From assembly GCA_900547445.1 (NCBI GenBank), contig URGJ01000001.1:53556-117555 (forward strand): 64,000 nt of DNA, read 5' to 3'. Of this stretch, positions 39,101 to 46,960 are shown one piece after another. The translations under genes were made by a program, and so were the position numbers. Source of the DNA: an uncultured Oscillospiraceae bacterium (GTDB lineage: Bacteria; Bacillota; Clostridia; Oscillospirales; Acutalibacteraceae). Numbering within the stretch: the stretch's first letter is position 1; every line of letters begins with the position of its first letter. Under the pieces are notes generated by a model. That model did no database searches and was not told the DNA's origin. It saw only the letters and a program-made list of their open reading frames with translations.

Positions 39101-41145
39101 TCGACGAAATAAGCATATTGAAAAGAGAGTTGAATAAGCAACGCAGAATTATGCCAATCAGACGCTTATTTAAAGCTATCCCTAATTTGTTGCTTACGCT
39201 GAAGCCTTGTTTAATGATGTCTCCACTTTCGGTTAGTTTGTTTTTGGAAGCTGAAACATACAAATTTGATATTGTAATTTTCGATGAGGCTTCTCAAGTG
39301 TGCACAGAAAATGCCATTGGTGCAATTTCAAGAGCGAAGCAAGTTGTCATTGCCGGCGATAGCAGACAATTGCCTCCCACAAATTTCTTTCAGGCAGCAG
39401 TGTCGGAAGGTGATTTTGACACTGATGATGACGACGAATTTGACGATTCAGATGCTTATGAATCCATTCTGGATGAAGCAAATATGTTGCCGGAAAGGAC
39501 TTTAAGATGGCATTACAGAAGTAGGCACGAAAGCTTGATTGCTTTTTCTAATGCCAAAATCTACAAAAACAAACTCATTACGTTCCCCTCAAACATAGAA
39601 AAAGTAGAGAATAATGGTGTCGAATACATATATGTAGCAGATGGCTATTATGATCGAGGCGGTAAGAAAGGAAATGTTATAGAGGCTAATAAAGTAGCTG
39701 ATCTTGTATTTAAACATTTCAAAGAACAACCCTATCGTTCTTTAGGTGTTATTGCATTTGGTGAAGTTCAACAACAAGCCATTGAAACTGTAATTAGAGA
39801 AAGAAGAATTCAAAATCAAGAATTTGAGCCGTTCTTTTCAGAAGATAAAGAGGAAGCATTCTTTATAAAAAATCTTGAAAATGTTCAGGGTGACGAAAGA
39901 GATACTATCATTTTCAGCATAGGATATGCTAAGGATGCCGCAGGTGTGTTCAGGATGAATTTCGGACCTCTTAGCAAATCAGGTGGTGAGCGTCGCTTAA
40001 ATGTTGCAATTACTCGAGCAAAATATAATGTAAAACTTGTCGGCTCGATTATGCCTACCGATATCGATATTGATAAAATTAGTTCTGAGGGTCCGAAGCT
40101 GTTAAGAGCGTATATCGATTTTGCAATAAATGGTACACAGGTACTTGAAAGAGAAATAACCGAAAGCGATATTGTAGAGCATGATTCACCTTTTGAGGAA
40201 GCGGTGTATAATTTCCTCGATAGAAAAGGCTATAAACTTGCAACACAAGTAGGATGTTCGGGTTATAGAATTGATATGGCTGTAAAGCATCCTACATTGA
40301 GCGGAATCTATGTTTTAGGTATAGAATGCGATGGTGCCGCTTATCACTCTGCAAAAACTGCCAGAGAACGTGACCGTTTAAGACAAGATGTCCTTGAAAA
40401 TATGGGTTGGAAAATCTATCGTATATGGTCTACCGATTGGATAAAAGATCCAATAACCGAAGGACAAAAACTTGTTGAGGCCATTGAAAATGCTATTGCC
40501 AATTATGGTATAGATGAAGATGCTATTCAGTTGAATTTAACAAACAATACTCAAAATACAAGTGCTGATGATTTTGTAAGCGTTGAAGAAAAAGAATTGT
40601 CGGTTCAATCCACGGAAAACCCTTATGGATTTGAGGAAGCAGAATTGCCGAATTTCTCATCTTTACCTCGTAACAGATATGGATATTTAGAATTAACAGA
40701 TTGTATTATGGAAGTGGTTAATACAGAATATCCTGTACATTACGAATTGCTTTGTCAACGATTAGCTCCTCTGTTCGGAAATGAAAAGGCGACAGTCAAG
40801 ATTCGTCGAGAAGCCGATATAGGCTTGGCACGATTGGGAACAAGAATTGTTCGTAAAGGCGATTTTATTTTCCCGAATGGTTATGAAACAATTCCTGTTC
40901 GTATGCCAAACAGTAGAAAAATTCAACACATCTGTATTGAAGAACTATCTGAAGCAATGTTTAGAGTTTTGCAAACTTGCGTCGGAACTACAAGAGAAGC
41001 GCTTTGCTCGGAAACCACACGTGTTTACGGTTTTAACAGAGCAGGTCAAAATATTTCGTCAGCAATGTCCAATGCAGTAAATGCTTTAATTTCTACAGGC
41101 AGAGTTGAAGAAATTGAAGGAAAGCTAAAAATAAAAGGAGAATAG
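36106..41145 (+). CDS. Giant (1679 aa) DUF4011 / Upf1-like SF1 helicase / Vsr-DUF559-like endonuclease / DUF3320 protein (Hhe/HheA-like defence protein)
   Basis: DUF4011-like N-terminus (MANIDVKYDVWKNKLLDLGKRNRLLNYKDTARSNVKIEYPECGTLYNMIVKEENALVFPFEYDE). Walker A LQGPPGTGKSQTITN. DEASQ-type Walker B VIFDEASQV. VIAGDSRQLPPT. Motif VI NVAITRAKY. C-terminal Vsr-like block GYRIDMAV...ECDGAAYHSAKTARERDRLRQDVLENMGWKIYRIWSTDW. 10-nt overlap with abiEii. Confidence 0.7.
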   Translation: MDVILEVVMANIDVKYDVWKNKLLDLGKRNRLLNYKDTARSNVKIEYPECGTLYNMIVKEENALVFPFEYDEENSEIEYVSNVETNKNTSDLQKALRNLRNKAKTAIEEQGVNVLYLSFGFLKWTESENSNQSFTSPLVLVPVTLTIESIKSPYTLTLHEDEIVVNPTLVYKLENDFGITLPTFDENGDIDDFLEEVKRSITLKNWSVTKDVGLSLLSFLKINMYSDLNKHKESIVANPIVRAISGDASAITRISDEMTDFDFDKQIKPTDVFQVVDADASQQDAIMMAKKGVSFVLQGPPGTGKSQTITNIIAESLADGKKVLFVSEKMAALDVVHRRLSSAGLDDFCLVLHSHKANKRNVLDQLGKVLDLSQKKVKLTDEAYQKLNVLQADKDKLNAYAEQVYEKIEPLGKSIYEVNGIVANLDSYDDYIFDISDIRNVTKEQYNKYSYLLAQFATTIGKMTDDFKNNPWRECHLTSVSNEFRHDATSRLNNLLPKLKDFDEKLAEVFVTLHMDVPHTLQNVDQIIEVLNVIESAQKIPSEWILTDGIQPLFDEITNCIKLKKELISLSDNLADKYKTIHTNESIAELSSADSLNNTSALISEKRNLKELVTSTKPYSAWNTDVIDSVTALLSQAIETANEINALKNELLEVYEPTVFELDYNAILGRIKTEYTSFTKVFKKEYKQDKKAIQLHHKNIVKKISDEEMLSLVEKLRKIDETRQWYADNAKSLREYFGEDVVDENTDYTVYQKRIIAFNAINNAIKIINDMVEIFNHISDKEQLLQEHYQFLYNGILSDWEAIRSALNWAISFKDSIYKINVSDYFVKAVCDGNEFIDICKQENDTLEELKRTISFEYRWFVSNFAHPEIFDTIELPDLYNRLNACVNGLFLLEEWIDFSSAKANCIAGGLSSFIEVIEQHNIPSQDIIPIFKKRFFRLWLDAVLPEYPAVLNFRRKVQEATIDEFTLLDKMQFEIAKARIKSKLINDLPSLEHFTNGVDEISILKRELNKQRRIMPIRRLFKAIPNLLLTLKPCLMMSPLSVSLFLEAETYKFDIVIFDEASQVCTENAIGAISRAKQVVIAGDSRQLPPTNFFQAAVSEGDFDTDDDDEFDDSDAYESILDEANMLPERTLRWHYRSRHESLIAFSNAKIYKNKLITFPSNIEKVENNGVEYIYVADGYYDRGGKKGNVIEANKVADLVFKHFKEQPYRSLGVIAFGEVQQQAIETVIRERRIQNQEFEPFFSEDKEEAFFIKNLENVQGDERDTIIFSIGYAKDAAGVFRMNFGPLSKSGGERRLNVAITRAKYNVKLVGSIMPTDIDIDKISSEGPKLLRAYIDFAINGTQVLEREITESDIVEHDSPFEEAVYNFLDRKGYKLATQVGCSGYRIDMAVKHPTLSGIYVLGIECDGAAYHSAKTARERDRLRQDVLENMGWKIYRIWSTDWIKDPITEGQKLVEAIENAIANYGIDEDAIQLNLTNNTQNTSADDFVSVEEKELSVQSTENPYGFEEAELPNFSSLPRNRYGYLELTDCIMEVVNTEYPVHYELLCQRLAPLFGNEKATVKIRREADIGLARLGTRIVRKGDFIFPNGYETIPVRMPNSRKIQHICIEELSEAMFRVLQTCVGTTREALCSETTRVYGFNRAGQNISSAMSNAVNALISTGRVEEIEGKLKIKGE

Positions 41146-41299
41146 TTATGAAAGACCATATTATTATTGAAAAAGCCAAAGCATCATTGCCTTAAACAAG
41201 TTTAAGGATGGCGATTTTGTATGCGACGACAAAGAGATTAACGATGTCTTAGCGTACAATAAAATCACCCGTGATGATACAGAAAACAACCAATAAAAA

Positions 41300-41336
41300 A
41301 CGGCGGCAGAGAGCAAAATCCCTGCCGCTTTTTTCC
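41300..41336. terminator. Bidirectional rho-independent terminator between the hhe-like gene and tnpV
   Basis: Stem gcggcag (41303-41309) / ctgccgc (41322-41328), then TTTTTTCC, with AAAAAA upstream. Confidence 0.55.
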
Positions 41337-41338
41337 GG

Positions 41339-41716
41339 TTAGGTGTAAATAAAATCTGTATTCACGACCTCGGTGGCTCTGCTGCGGATGTTGTTCATTC
41401 GACCAACCCACGCCATTTGATTGTCCGCCTTGAGTTGTTCGGTCACACCCTCACGCTCTGCCATCTGTTTCACCAGCCGAGAAAACATTTCTTCCGCCTG
41501 TTTGTCAATATCAGCAAGGTAACTGTTTAACTTGCCGCTGGTCAGCAGATTGGCATATAGCACCCTTCGATTTTGCTTGAGGTGTCGCAAATGTCGCTGT
41601 CCCCATATGCCGATTGGCTGTTGTTCCTCAGCGGGTAATGCAAGGTCAGGCAGATAATAATCTCCCTGCAAGGTGTAACGGATCCCCGTTTTTTCGTCTG
41701 TAAAATGCTGTTTCAT
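41339..41716 (-). CDS. tnpV: TnpV-like transposon-encoded small protein (copy 1)
   Basis: ~125-aa protein of the Tn4451 TnpV type, found next to Mob/Pre relaxases in clostridial mobilizable elements. A paralogue at 53927..54307 shares LTSGKLNSYL.DI..QA...FSRLVK..AE.E.VTE.LK. Confidence 0.55.
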   Translation of the reverse strand: MKQHFTDEKTGIRYTLQGDYYLPDLALPAEEQQPIGIWGQRHLRHLKQNRRVLYANLLTSGKLNSYLADIDKQAEEMFSRLVKQMAEREGVTEQLKADNQMAWVGRMNNIRSRATEVVNTDFIYT

Positions 41717-41725
41717 TGTGTTGTC

Positions 41726-42904
41726 CTACCTTTCATCTTTATTATTTCTAAAGCGTTTTTCACGCTGTTTAGACTGTTTTTCCAACTTTGCTCTATCAAG
41801 CAAGTCATAAATTTGTTTATGACCAAATACTTTGTGGAGAAGTTTGTAATCCCTGTTTTCCACACGCAAATTTTCATTTTCTTGTGATAATTTTTCATTA
41901 ACTTTCGATAGCTTCTCGTTTTCACGATATAGGTTTCCGTTTGTGATGTTCAATCTGTGGTAACTGTCCAATGCCTTGAAATATCGTGCAAATAAGGTGC
42001 TGATTAAAGACTTAAATCGGGCTACAAGCGGCTCAACAAACTTTGTTTTATAACTTCTCGCCGACATCATTGCAGGCGGTTCAGGGAGCTGATATTCAGG
42101 CTCATTCATTATACTTTCATCAAGTTTCTGCAAGGCTTTCTCTCCGTTATCGAAGTTCTCAATGCGGTCAGCCATAACACGAAACTCATCTTTTTTCTCG
42201 GCAATTTGATTGTCCAATACAGCGATTTCCTTTTCTCGCTCCTGCTTTTTATAGTCTAAAACAGACAGATGTTTTTCGTGAGTATCCTTGTGTTCCCACT
42301 CAATTCCGTAGCGTTCCATAACAAATGCGAGTGCGGATTTTTCTGCGCTTACCCATTGATTCCACTCGGTATCTCCACGGGTTCCGCCCTTAAATCCTTG
42401 TGCGGCAAGAGCCTGCTTGAGTGATACTCTTGTATCAAGTCCACGCTTGCTTCCGATGGTGAACGGAACAAAATCAATGTGCAGATGTGGTGTTGCTTCG
42501 TCCATATGAAGATGAGCAGAGAACACTTTTAACTGAGGATTGCGTTCCTGAAACCCACGATAGTATTCATCCAAAATCCGTCGTGCAAACTCTCCGTTTT
42601 CGCTTTCTGCGCTCATATTTTCTTTATCGCCTATCTGCAAAATGAGTTCGTGGAACGGCTTTTCTTGCTTTGAATTACGGATTTTTTCATAATAGTTTTC
42701 TATCTTGCGGTCGGCTCTTGTCTGCTTAGAATTATATCTTTTAAGAGCTTCGTCAAACAATTCGTGATAGACATTTTTGATATTTTCATTGCAGTAGTCG
42801 ATATTTAGATGTGTTCGACTACCGTCAATATTTTCCGCTTTGAACTTGCGGCTGTTGTGATTAACCGAGCCTTTACCGACCATTGCACTAATCGTTCTTT
42901 TCAT
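41726..42904 (-). CDS. mob: MobV/Pre-family plasmid recombination/mobilization relaxase (TnpZ-like), copy 1
   Basis: Mob_Pre N-terminus MKRTISAMVGKGSVNHNSRKF and the metal-binding His motif HLHMDEATPHLHIDFVPF. Confidence 0.85.
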   Translation of the reverse strand: MKRTISAMVGKGSVNHNSRKFKAENIDGSRTHLNIDYCNENIKNVYHELFDEALKRYNSKQTRADRKIENYYEKIRNSKQEKPFHELILQIGDKENMSAESENGEFARRILDEYYRGFQERNPQLKVFSAHLHMDEATPHLHIDFVPFTIGSKRGLDTRVSLKQALAAQGFKGGTRGDTEWNQWVSAEKSALAFVMERYGIEWEHKDTHEKHLSVLDYKKQEREKEIAVLDNQIAEKKDEFRVMADRIENFDNGEKALQKLDESIMNEPEYQLPEPPAMMSARSYKTKFVEPLVARFKSLISTLFARYFKALDSYHRLNITNGNLYRENEKLSKVNEKLSQENENLRVENRDYKLLHKVFGHKQIYDLLDRAKLEKQSKQREKRFRNNKDER

Positions 42905-42940
42905 TAAATTTCACATCCTTTCCTTATCCGGCGTAGCCGG

Positions 42941-42986
42941 GGTTCTGTTACTCTTGTCAAGAGTAACGCAAAAGCACTTTTGACAG
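42941..42986. promoter_or_regulatory. Putative oriT (RS_A-like): 46-nt block identical upstream of both mob copies, containing inverted repeat ttactcttg-t-caagagtaa
   Basis: ggttctgttactcttgtcaagagtaacgcaaaagcacttttgacag is identical at 42941-42986 and 55530-55575, while the flanks diverge. It lies immediately 5' of each relaxase gene. Confidence 0.5.
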
Positions 42987-43175
42987 CCTTCTGCCATCAA
43001 AAGCTGCTATTGCGCTCTCCGAGGGGGCGTTGCCCCGTTGTCTGCGGACAACTCCCCAGCAGAGCCGCCCTTTGAAAAGGGCACCCTGCACCCCGCCTAA
43101 ACTTCGTATTGGAATACCTGCCGAAAAAGAACATTGCAAGATTGCGAAAGCCCCCGCCTTTGCAATGTTGCAACC

Positions 43176-44150
43176 TTACAGGTCGCCGCTCTCTTTTTCT
43201 TCGGGTAGTTGCCAATACCACACACTGCCTTCCTTAACAGATCGCACACGCAGAGTTTTCTTTGCTTCATCGAGCACTCGTTTGGAGATACCCAAACTCT
43301 GCGCTTTTTGTAGCAAGGTCTGTTGCGGGTACTTCCCGCCGGATAGGCAGTCAACGATAAGGCTTTCAGCCATATCGGATTTCTTCTCACGACTGACACC
43401 GCTGAGAAGATCGTCGATGGAAATTTCATAATGACCGAGCCATTTGAAGCCGTTGGCTTCACTCAGTTCAAAGGCGATAGGCTTGCCTTCCGGTGCGAGG
43501 GAAGATTTTTGATGTGCCGCCACTCGTATCTCCGGCTTGTCCTTTACTCTGCCGACTACAAGCACGCTTCTTGCAGCTGCTTGAAAGTCTATGGAACCAA
43601 GACCTCTATAATTGGATTTGTTACCCTGTGCCTTGTTTAAGTGTCCCACAAGTATAATCGCACAACGGTATTTGTCGGCGATCCTGCCAAGCTGAGAGAG
43701 AATGGTACGGACTTCATTTGCTCGGTTCATATCTACCTTTGCGCCGATATAGGCTTGCATCGGATCTAAGATAATTACCCTTGCCCCTGTTTCTGCAATT
43801 GCTTTTTCTACTCGCTCGTCAAGCATCGTCAATGTTGCCTCAGATTCGTCGATCACCTTGATTTGTGAGCAGTCAGCATTACCGGCAAGAAGACGGGGCT
43901 TGATGGTATCCCCAAGCCCATCCTCTGCGGTTTGATATATTACCTTGATAGGCTCACGCTCGGTGTCGTCGCAGGGTAGTTTTTCTCCCCTTGACAACAG
44001 AGCCGCTAATCTCAATATCAGTGTTGTTTTACCCTCACCGCCGTCGCCGTGAATGATTGTCAACTTACCGTATGGGATATAGGGATACCACAGCCATTCC
44101 ACTTCTTCGACGGGCACTTCATCCATACTGATGATTTTTAATTCCGCCAT
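43176..44150 (-). CDS. AAA_25-type (RepA/RecA-fold, DnaB-C-terminal-like) ATPase, copy 1
   Basis: Walker A GDGGEGKTTL and Walker B IIILDPM. RecA-like fold. Confidence 0.7.
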   Translation of the reverse strand: MAELKIISMDEVPVEEVEWLWYPYIPYGKLTIIHGDGGEGKTTLILRLAALLSRGEKLPCDDTEREPIKVIYQTAEDGLGDTIKPRLLAGNADCSQIKVIDESEATLTMLDERVEKAIAETGARVIILDPMQAYIGAKVDMNRANEVRTILSQLGRIADKYRCAIILVGHLNKAQGNKSNYRGLGSIDFQAAARSVLVVGRVKDKPEIRVAAHQKSSLAPEGKPIAFELSEANGFKWLGHYEISIDDLLSGVSREKKSDMAESLIVDCLSGGKYPQQTLLQKAQSLGISKRVLDEAKKTLRVRSVKEGSVWYWQLPEEKESGDL

Positions 44151-44287
44151 AGGCGTTGCCTCCTTTCAATTTTTCTCAAAACTATTGAAATTGGAGGAGT
44201 CATAGGTTATAATATTTGCAGTACATTTTTTGAGAAGACTGTTCCGTATCTGCGCCAACAGATACATTGAGAACAGTCTTTTCGGTT

Positions 44288-44620
44288 TTATATGCCATCC
44301 TTTCGCTCCTTCATTCCATATAGCGTGGTGTTAATCTGCTCAATACGATCGAGCAGGTCATCGTGAACATTTGCGCCGGCTTCGATGCGTTTAAGTTCAT
44401 CGAGGACGGCGGCAAGCTCGTTTCGCAGAGCCTTATAAACTCTCGGATTGCCGACCACCGTTATTTGTTGTTGCAGGGCACGAGCACAAAGATAATCTTG
44501 CTTTGTCAGTCCCGATATTCTGACATTACTGTCCAAAACATCAGCCTCCTGTGGCGACATACGAAAAGCGATTGTTTTGCTCCTCCAACGGTTGTGGCGG
44601 TCAAGATTTTTAGCGGACAT
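44288..44620 (-). CDS. Ribbon-helix-helix mobilization accessory protein (MobC-like), copy 1
   Basis: RHH signature RSKTIAFRMSPQEADVLD. AAAGGATGG RBS lies 8 nt before the MSAKN start. Paralogue at 56890..57216. Confidence 0.5.
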   Translation of the reverse strand: MSAKNLDRHNRWRSKTIAFRMSPQEADVLDSNVRISGLTKQDYLCARALQQQITVVGNPRVYKALRNELAAVLDELKRIEAGANVHDDLLDRIEQINTTLYGMKERKDGI

Positions 44621-45698
44621 TTTCAATATCCATCCTTTCATATTCAAGTTTCTTTGCCATTTCTGTCTGTTTTGACGGGAATAAGTGTGCATAGCGATAT
44701 GTGATCTCAATGCTTTCGTGACCGACACGGTCAGCAATTGCCACCGCAGAAAAGCCCATATCTATGAGCAGGGAAATATGGCTATGGCGCAAATCGTGAA
44801 TGCGGATACGCTTTACCCCTGCGGCTCTTGAGCCACGATCCATTTCTCGGTGCAGATAATTCTTTGAAATGGGGAATATACGGTCTTTCTTTTTGTAGCC
44901 GTACAGCATACCGATATAATCCTGCATTTCCTCACAGAGAAACTGCGGCATTTTAATTGTGCGGTTGCTTTTCCTTGTTTTCGGTGTGGTAATGACAGCT
45001 TCGCCGTGCAAACGCTGATAAGATTTGCTGATTGTAACTGTGCCTTTTTCAAAGTCGAAGTCCCCCGCAGTCAGGGCGAGCAACTCGCCCTCACGAATGC
45101 CGCACCAGTAAAGCATTTCAAATGCGTAATAGGATACGGGCTTGTCCATCATTTCATCGGCAAACTTCTTGTACTCTTCTTTCGTCCAAAACTTCATTTC
45201 CTTGCGTTCCTCTGTGCCCATATTACCGGCTTTTGCGGCGGGATTGGAACGAAGGTCATAATGTCTTACAGCGTGGTTAAATATAGCACTAAGCTGATTG
45301 TGGACGGTTTTGAGATAGGTCTGTGAATACGGCTTCTTCTTTTCATCACGAAAAGCGAGCAATTCATTCTGCCAAGCGATTACATCCTTTGTGGTGATCT
45401 CACTGACATTTTTCTTTTCAAAATAGGGTAAAATCTTGGTTTCAATGATATGCTTTTTGGTCAGCCAAGTGTTTTCTTTTAAGCGAGGTTTTATGTCCTT
45501 TATATAAAGCTCAACAAAGGCGGAAAAGTTCATATCCATATCGGCAGCACTTTGCTGCTTAAATACTCGCTCCCACTCCTGAGCCTCTCGTTTGGTTTCA
45601 AAACCTCGCTTACATTTCTGTTTGCGCTCGCCTTTACAATCTACATATCGTGTTAAAACATACCAAGTGCCGTTATCTTCATTTTTATAAACAGGCAT
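44610..45698 (-). CDS. int: Tyrosine-type site-specific integrase, copy 1
   Basis: C-terminal catalytic R..H..R..Y signature in IRIHDLRHSHISLLIDMGFSAVAIADRVGHESIEITYRYAHL. AAAGGAG RBS precedes the MPVYKNEDNGTWY start. Confidence 0.9.
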   Translation of the reverse strand: MPVYKNEDNGTWYVLTRYVDCKGERKQKCKRGFETKREAQEWERVFKQQSAADMDMNFSAFVELYIKDIKPRLKENTWLTKKHIIETKILPYFEKKNVSEITTKDVIAWQNELLAFRDEKKKPYSQTYLKTVHNQLSAIFNHAVRHYDLRSNPAAKAGNMGTEERKEMKFWTKEEYKKFADEMMDKPVSYYAFEMLYWCGIREGELLALTAGDFDFEKGTVTISKSYQRLHGEAVITTPKTRKSNRTIKMPQFLCEEMQDYIGMLYGYKKKDRIFPISKNYLHREMDRGSRAAGVKRIRIHDLRHSHISLLIDMGFSAVAIADRVGHESIEITYRYAHLFPSKQTEMAKKLEYERMDIENVR

Positions 45699-45885
45699 TT
45701 TTGTTCTCCTTTCTGGCTTGGTACAGCCTTTCATTAAAATACTCTCTGTTGACTCTTCCTGAGATGGTAATGAAACCTTTACGCTTCAGTTCCCCGTTCA
45801 GCTCTCGTATGACTTTGTAGGCATACGAGGTTGAAACATCGAGAATCTCAGCGACTTCTTCCACACGCATAAACTGTTGTCCCAT
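45685..45885 (-). CDS. xis: Excisionase / HTH DNA-binding protein (Xis), copy 1
   Basis: 66 aa, MRVEEVAEILDVSTSYAYKVIRELN HTH. Overlaps the integrase start. Confidence 0.7.
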   Translation of the reverse strand: MGQQFMRVEEVAEILDVSTSYAYKVIRELNGELKRKGFITISGRVNREYFNERLYQARKENKNACL

Positions 45886-46067
45886 AAGTTTCCTCCTTTC
45901 TTCGGTTGATATAATGGGTTGCCGTTTTACCCAAGTGCCGTTCCTACCCCTGCTGTTTCAGCGGCGTTGTTTCGCTCGCTCCGTCGCCACTCGGAGGTCT
46001 TGACAAAATCATATCACACTTGGACGGTCATTCAATTTTACTAAGCGTAATTGCTTAGTTCTATATC

Positions 46068-46096
46068 ATTATACTAAGCATATTTGCTTTTGTCAA
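46068..46096 (-). promoter_or_regulatory. Sigma-70 promoter for xis-int (element 2)
   Basis: On the minus strand: TTGACA (rc of 46091-46096), 17-nt spacer, TATAAT (rc of 46068-46073). Confidence 0.55.
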
Positions 46097-46139
46097 GTGG
46101 CTTGCAAGAAAATACTAAACTTTTTTGTTTTGATTTCTC

Positions 46140-46168
46140 TTGACACCACTAAACATTTCTGCTATACT
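46140..46168 (+). promoter_or_regulatory. Sigma-70 promoter for the XRE repressor (element 2), back-to-back with the xis-int promoter
   Basis: TTGACA (46140-46145), 17-nt spacer, TATACT (46163-46168). AAGAGGTG RBS and ATG at 46199. Confidence 0.6.
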
Positions 46169-46198
46169 ATATGTGAACACTTGAAAAGAGGTGCTTTT

Positions 46199-46729
46199 AT
46201 GGCTATTAGCGAAAGAATTCACTTTTTCCGAAATCTGCGTGGAATGACACAGAAATATCTCGGTTTACAACTCGGTTTTCCCGATAAATCTGCTGATGTT
46301 CGCATGGCACAGTATGAAACAGGTTCCCGTACTCCAAAAGCGGATATTACCGCAGCGTTGGCACAAGTTTTGGATGTTGCACCCGAAGCATTGAACGTGC
46401 CCGATATTGACAGTTACATAGGTTTGGCTCACACTTTCTTTGCGCTTGAAGACATTTATGGCATTACCGTCAGCGAAGCCGATGGGGAACTCTGCCTTAA
46501 AGTTAATGCCGACAAAGGCAAGGATGCCGCAGAGGTTATCCGTATGCTTGCCGCTTGGAACGAACAGAAAGCCAAACTCGATTCAGGTGAGATCGACAAG
46601 GAAACCTACGACCAATGGCGCTATCACTATCCCAAGTTCGATACAACTGGCGGATGGGTTAAAGTTCCTTCCCAAGAACTCAGCGATGCTATGGTCGAAG
46701 CGTTCAAAGACCGTTTGAAACCGGACTAA
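46199..46729 (+). CDS. XRE-family (cI-like) HTH repressor, copy 1
   Basis: HTH_3 N-terminus MAISERIHFFRNLRGMTQKYLGLQLG. The track ORF starts at 46097, but the RBS supports 46199. Confidence 0.8.
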   Translation: MAISERIHFFRNLRGMTQKYLGLQLGFPDKSADVRMAQYETGSRTPKADITAALAQVLDVAPEALNVPDIDSYIGLAHTFFALEDIYGITVSEADGELCLKVNADKGKDAAEVIRMLAAWNEQKAKLDSGEIDKETYDQWRYHYPKFDTTGGWVKVPSQELSDAMVEAFKDRLKPD

Positions 46730-46743
46730 GAAAAAAGACGACA

Positions 46744-46786
46744 AAAAGCCCTTAACTGCGGTAATCCACAGTTAAGGGCTTTTTAA
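46744..46786 (+). terminator. Rho-independent terminator after the XRE gene
   Basis: Perfect 13-bp stem aagcccttaactg (46746-46758) / cagttaagggctt (46769-46781), followed by TTTTAA. Confidence 0.8.
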
Positions 46787-46886
46787 TCGTCTAATACAGA
46801 TTTAATTGTTGATGACAACCACTTGACTATTATTCTGATAACCTACAAACCACTCGTGGTATAGAATAATGGTCACTCTAAGGATT

Positions 46887-46906
46887 GTTATCAAATCGTT
46901 ATCAAA
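46887..46906. repeat. Arm-type repeats GTTATCAAA x2 (11-bp phasing), right end of element 2
   Basis: gttatcaaatcgttatcaaa. Matches the left-end repeats at 34391-34420. Confidence 0.5.
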
Positions 46907-46960
46907 AGAGGTGAGCGAAATCCGAAAACCCTTGATATTACTGGGCTTTTAGGCTTTCTG

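Larger units (their letters stand above)
34290..46960. mobile_element. Integrative mobilizable element 2 (~12.7 kb), distal to guaA: AbiE + Hhe-like cargo plus a TnpV/MobV/AAA_25/MobC/Int/Xis/XRE module
   Basis: Bounded by att core repeats at 34274-34289 and 46961-46975. GTTATCA arm repeats with 11-bp phasing at both ends (34391-34420 and 46887-46906). Integrase module at the guaA-proximal end. Confidence 0.65.

Noticed and set aside
41149-41196. 15-codon ORF MKDHIIIEKAKASLP immediately after the helicase gene
   Set aside because: Too short, no RBS, and no recognisable peptide family.
42957-43462. Four overlapping 60-133-aa ORFs in the relaxase/ATPase intergenic region
   Set aside because: The region is a conserved, GC-rich structured non-coding block (oriT candidate). 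The ORFs are Arg/Pro/Gly-rich translations of GC-rich DNA with no RBS.
46931-46945. Second partial copy cttgatattaCTGGG of the element-end sequence near att core B
   Set aside because: It matches only the 10-nt element-side flank (cttgatatta) of junction A and lacks the cccactc core. It is probably the diverged attP-arm of element 2 rather than an additional junction.
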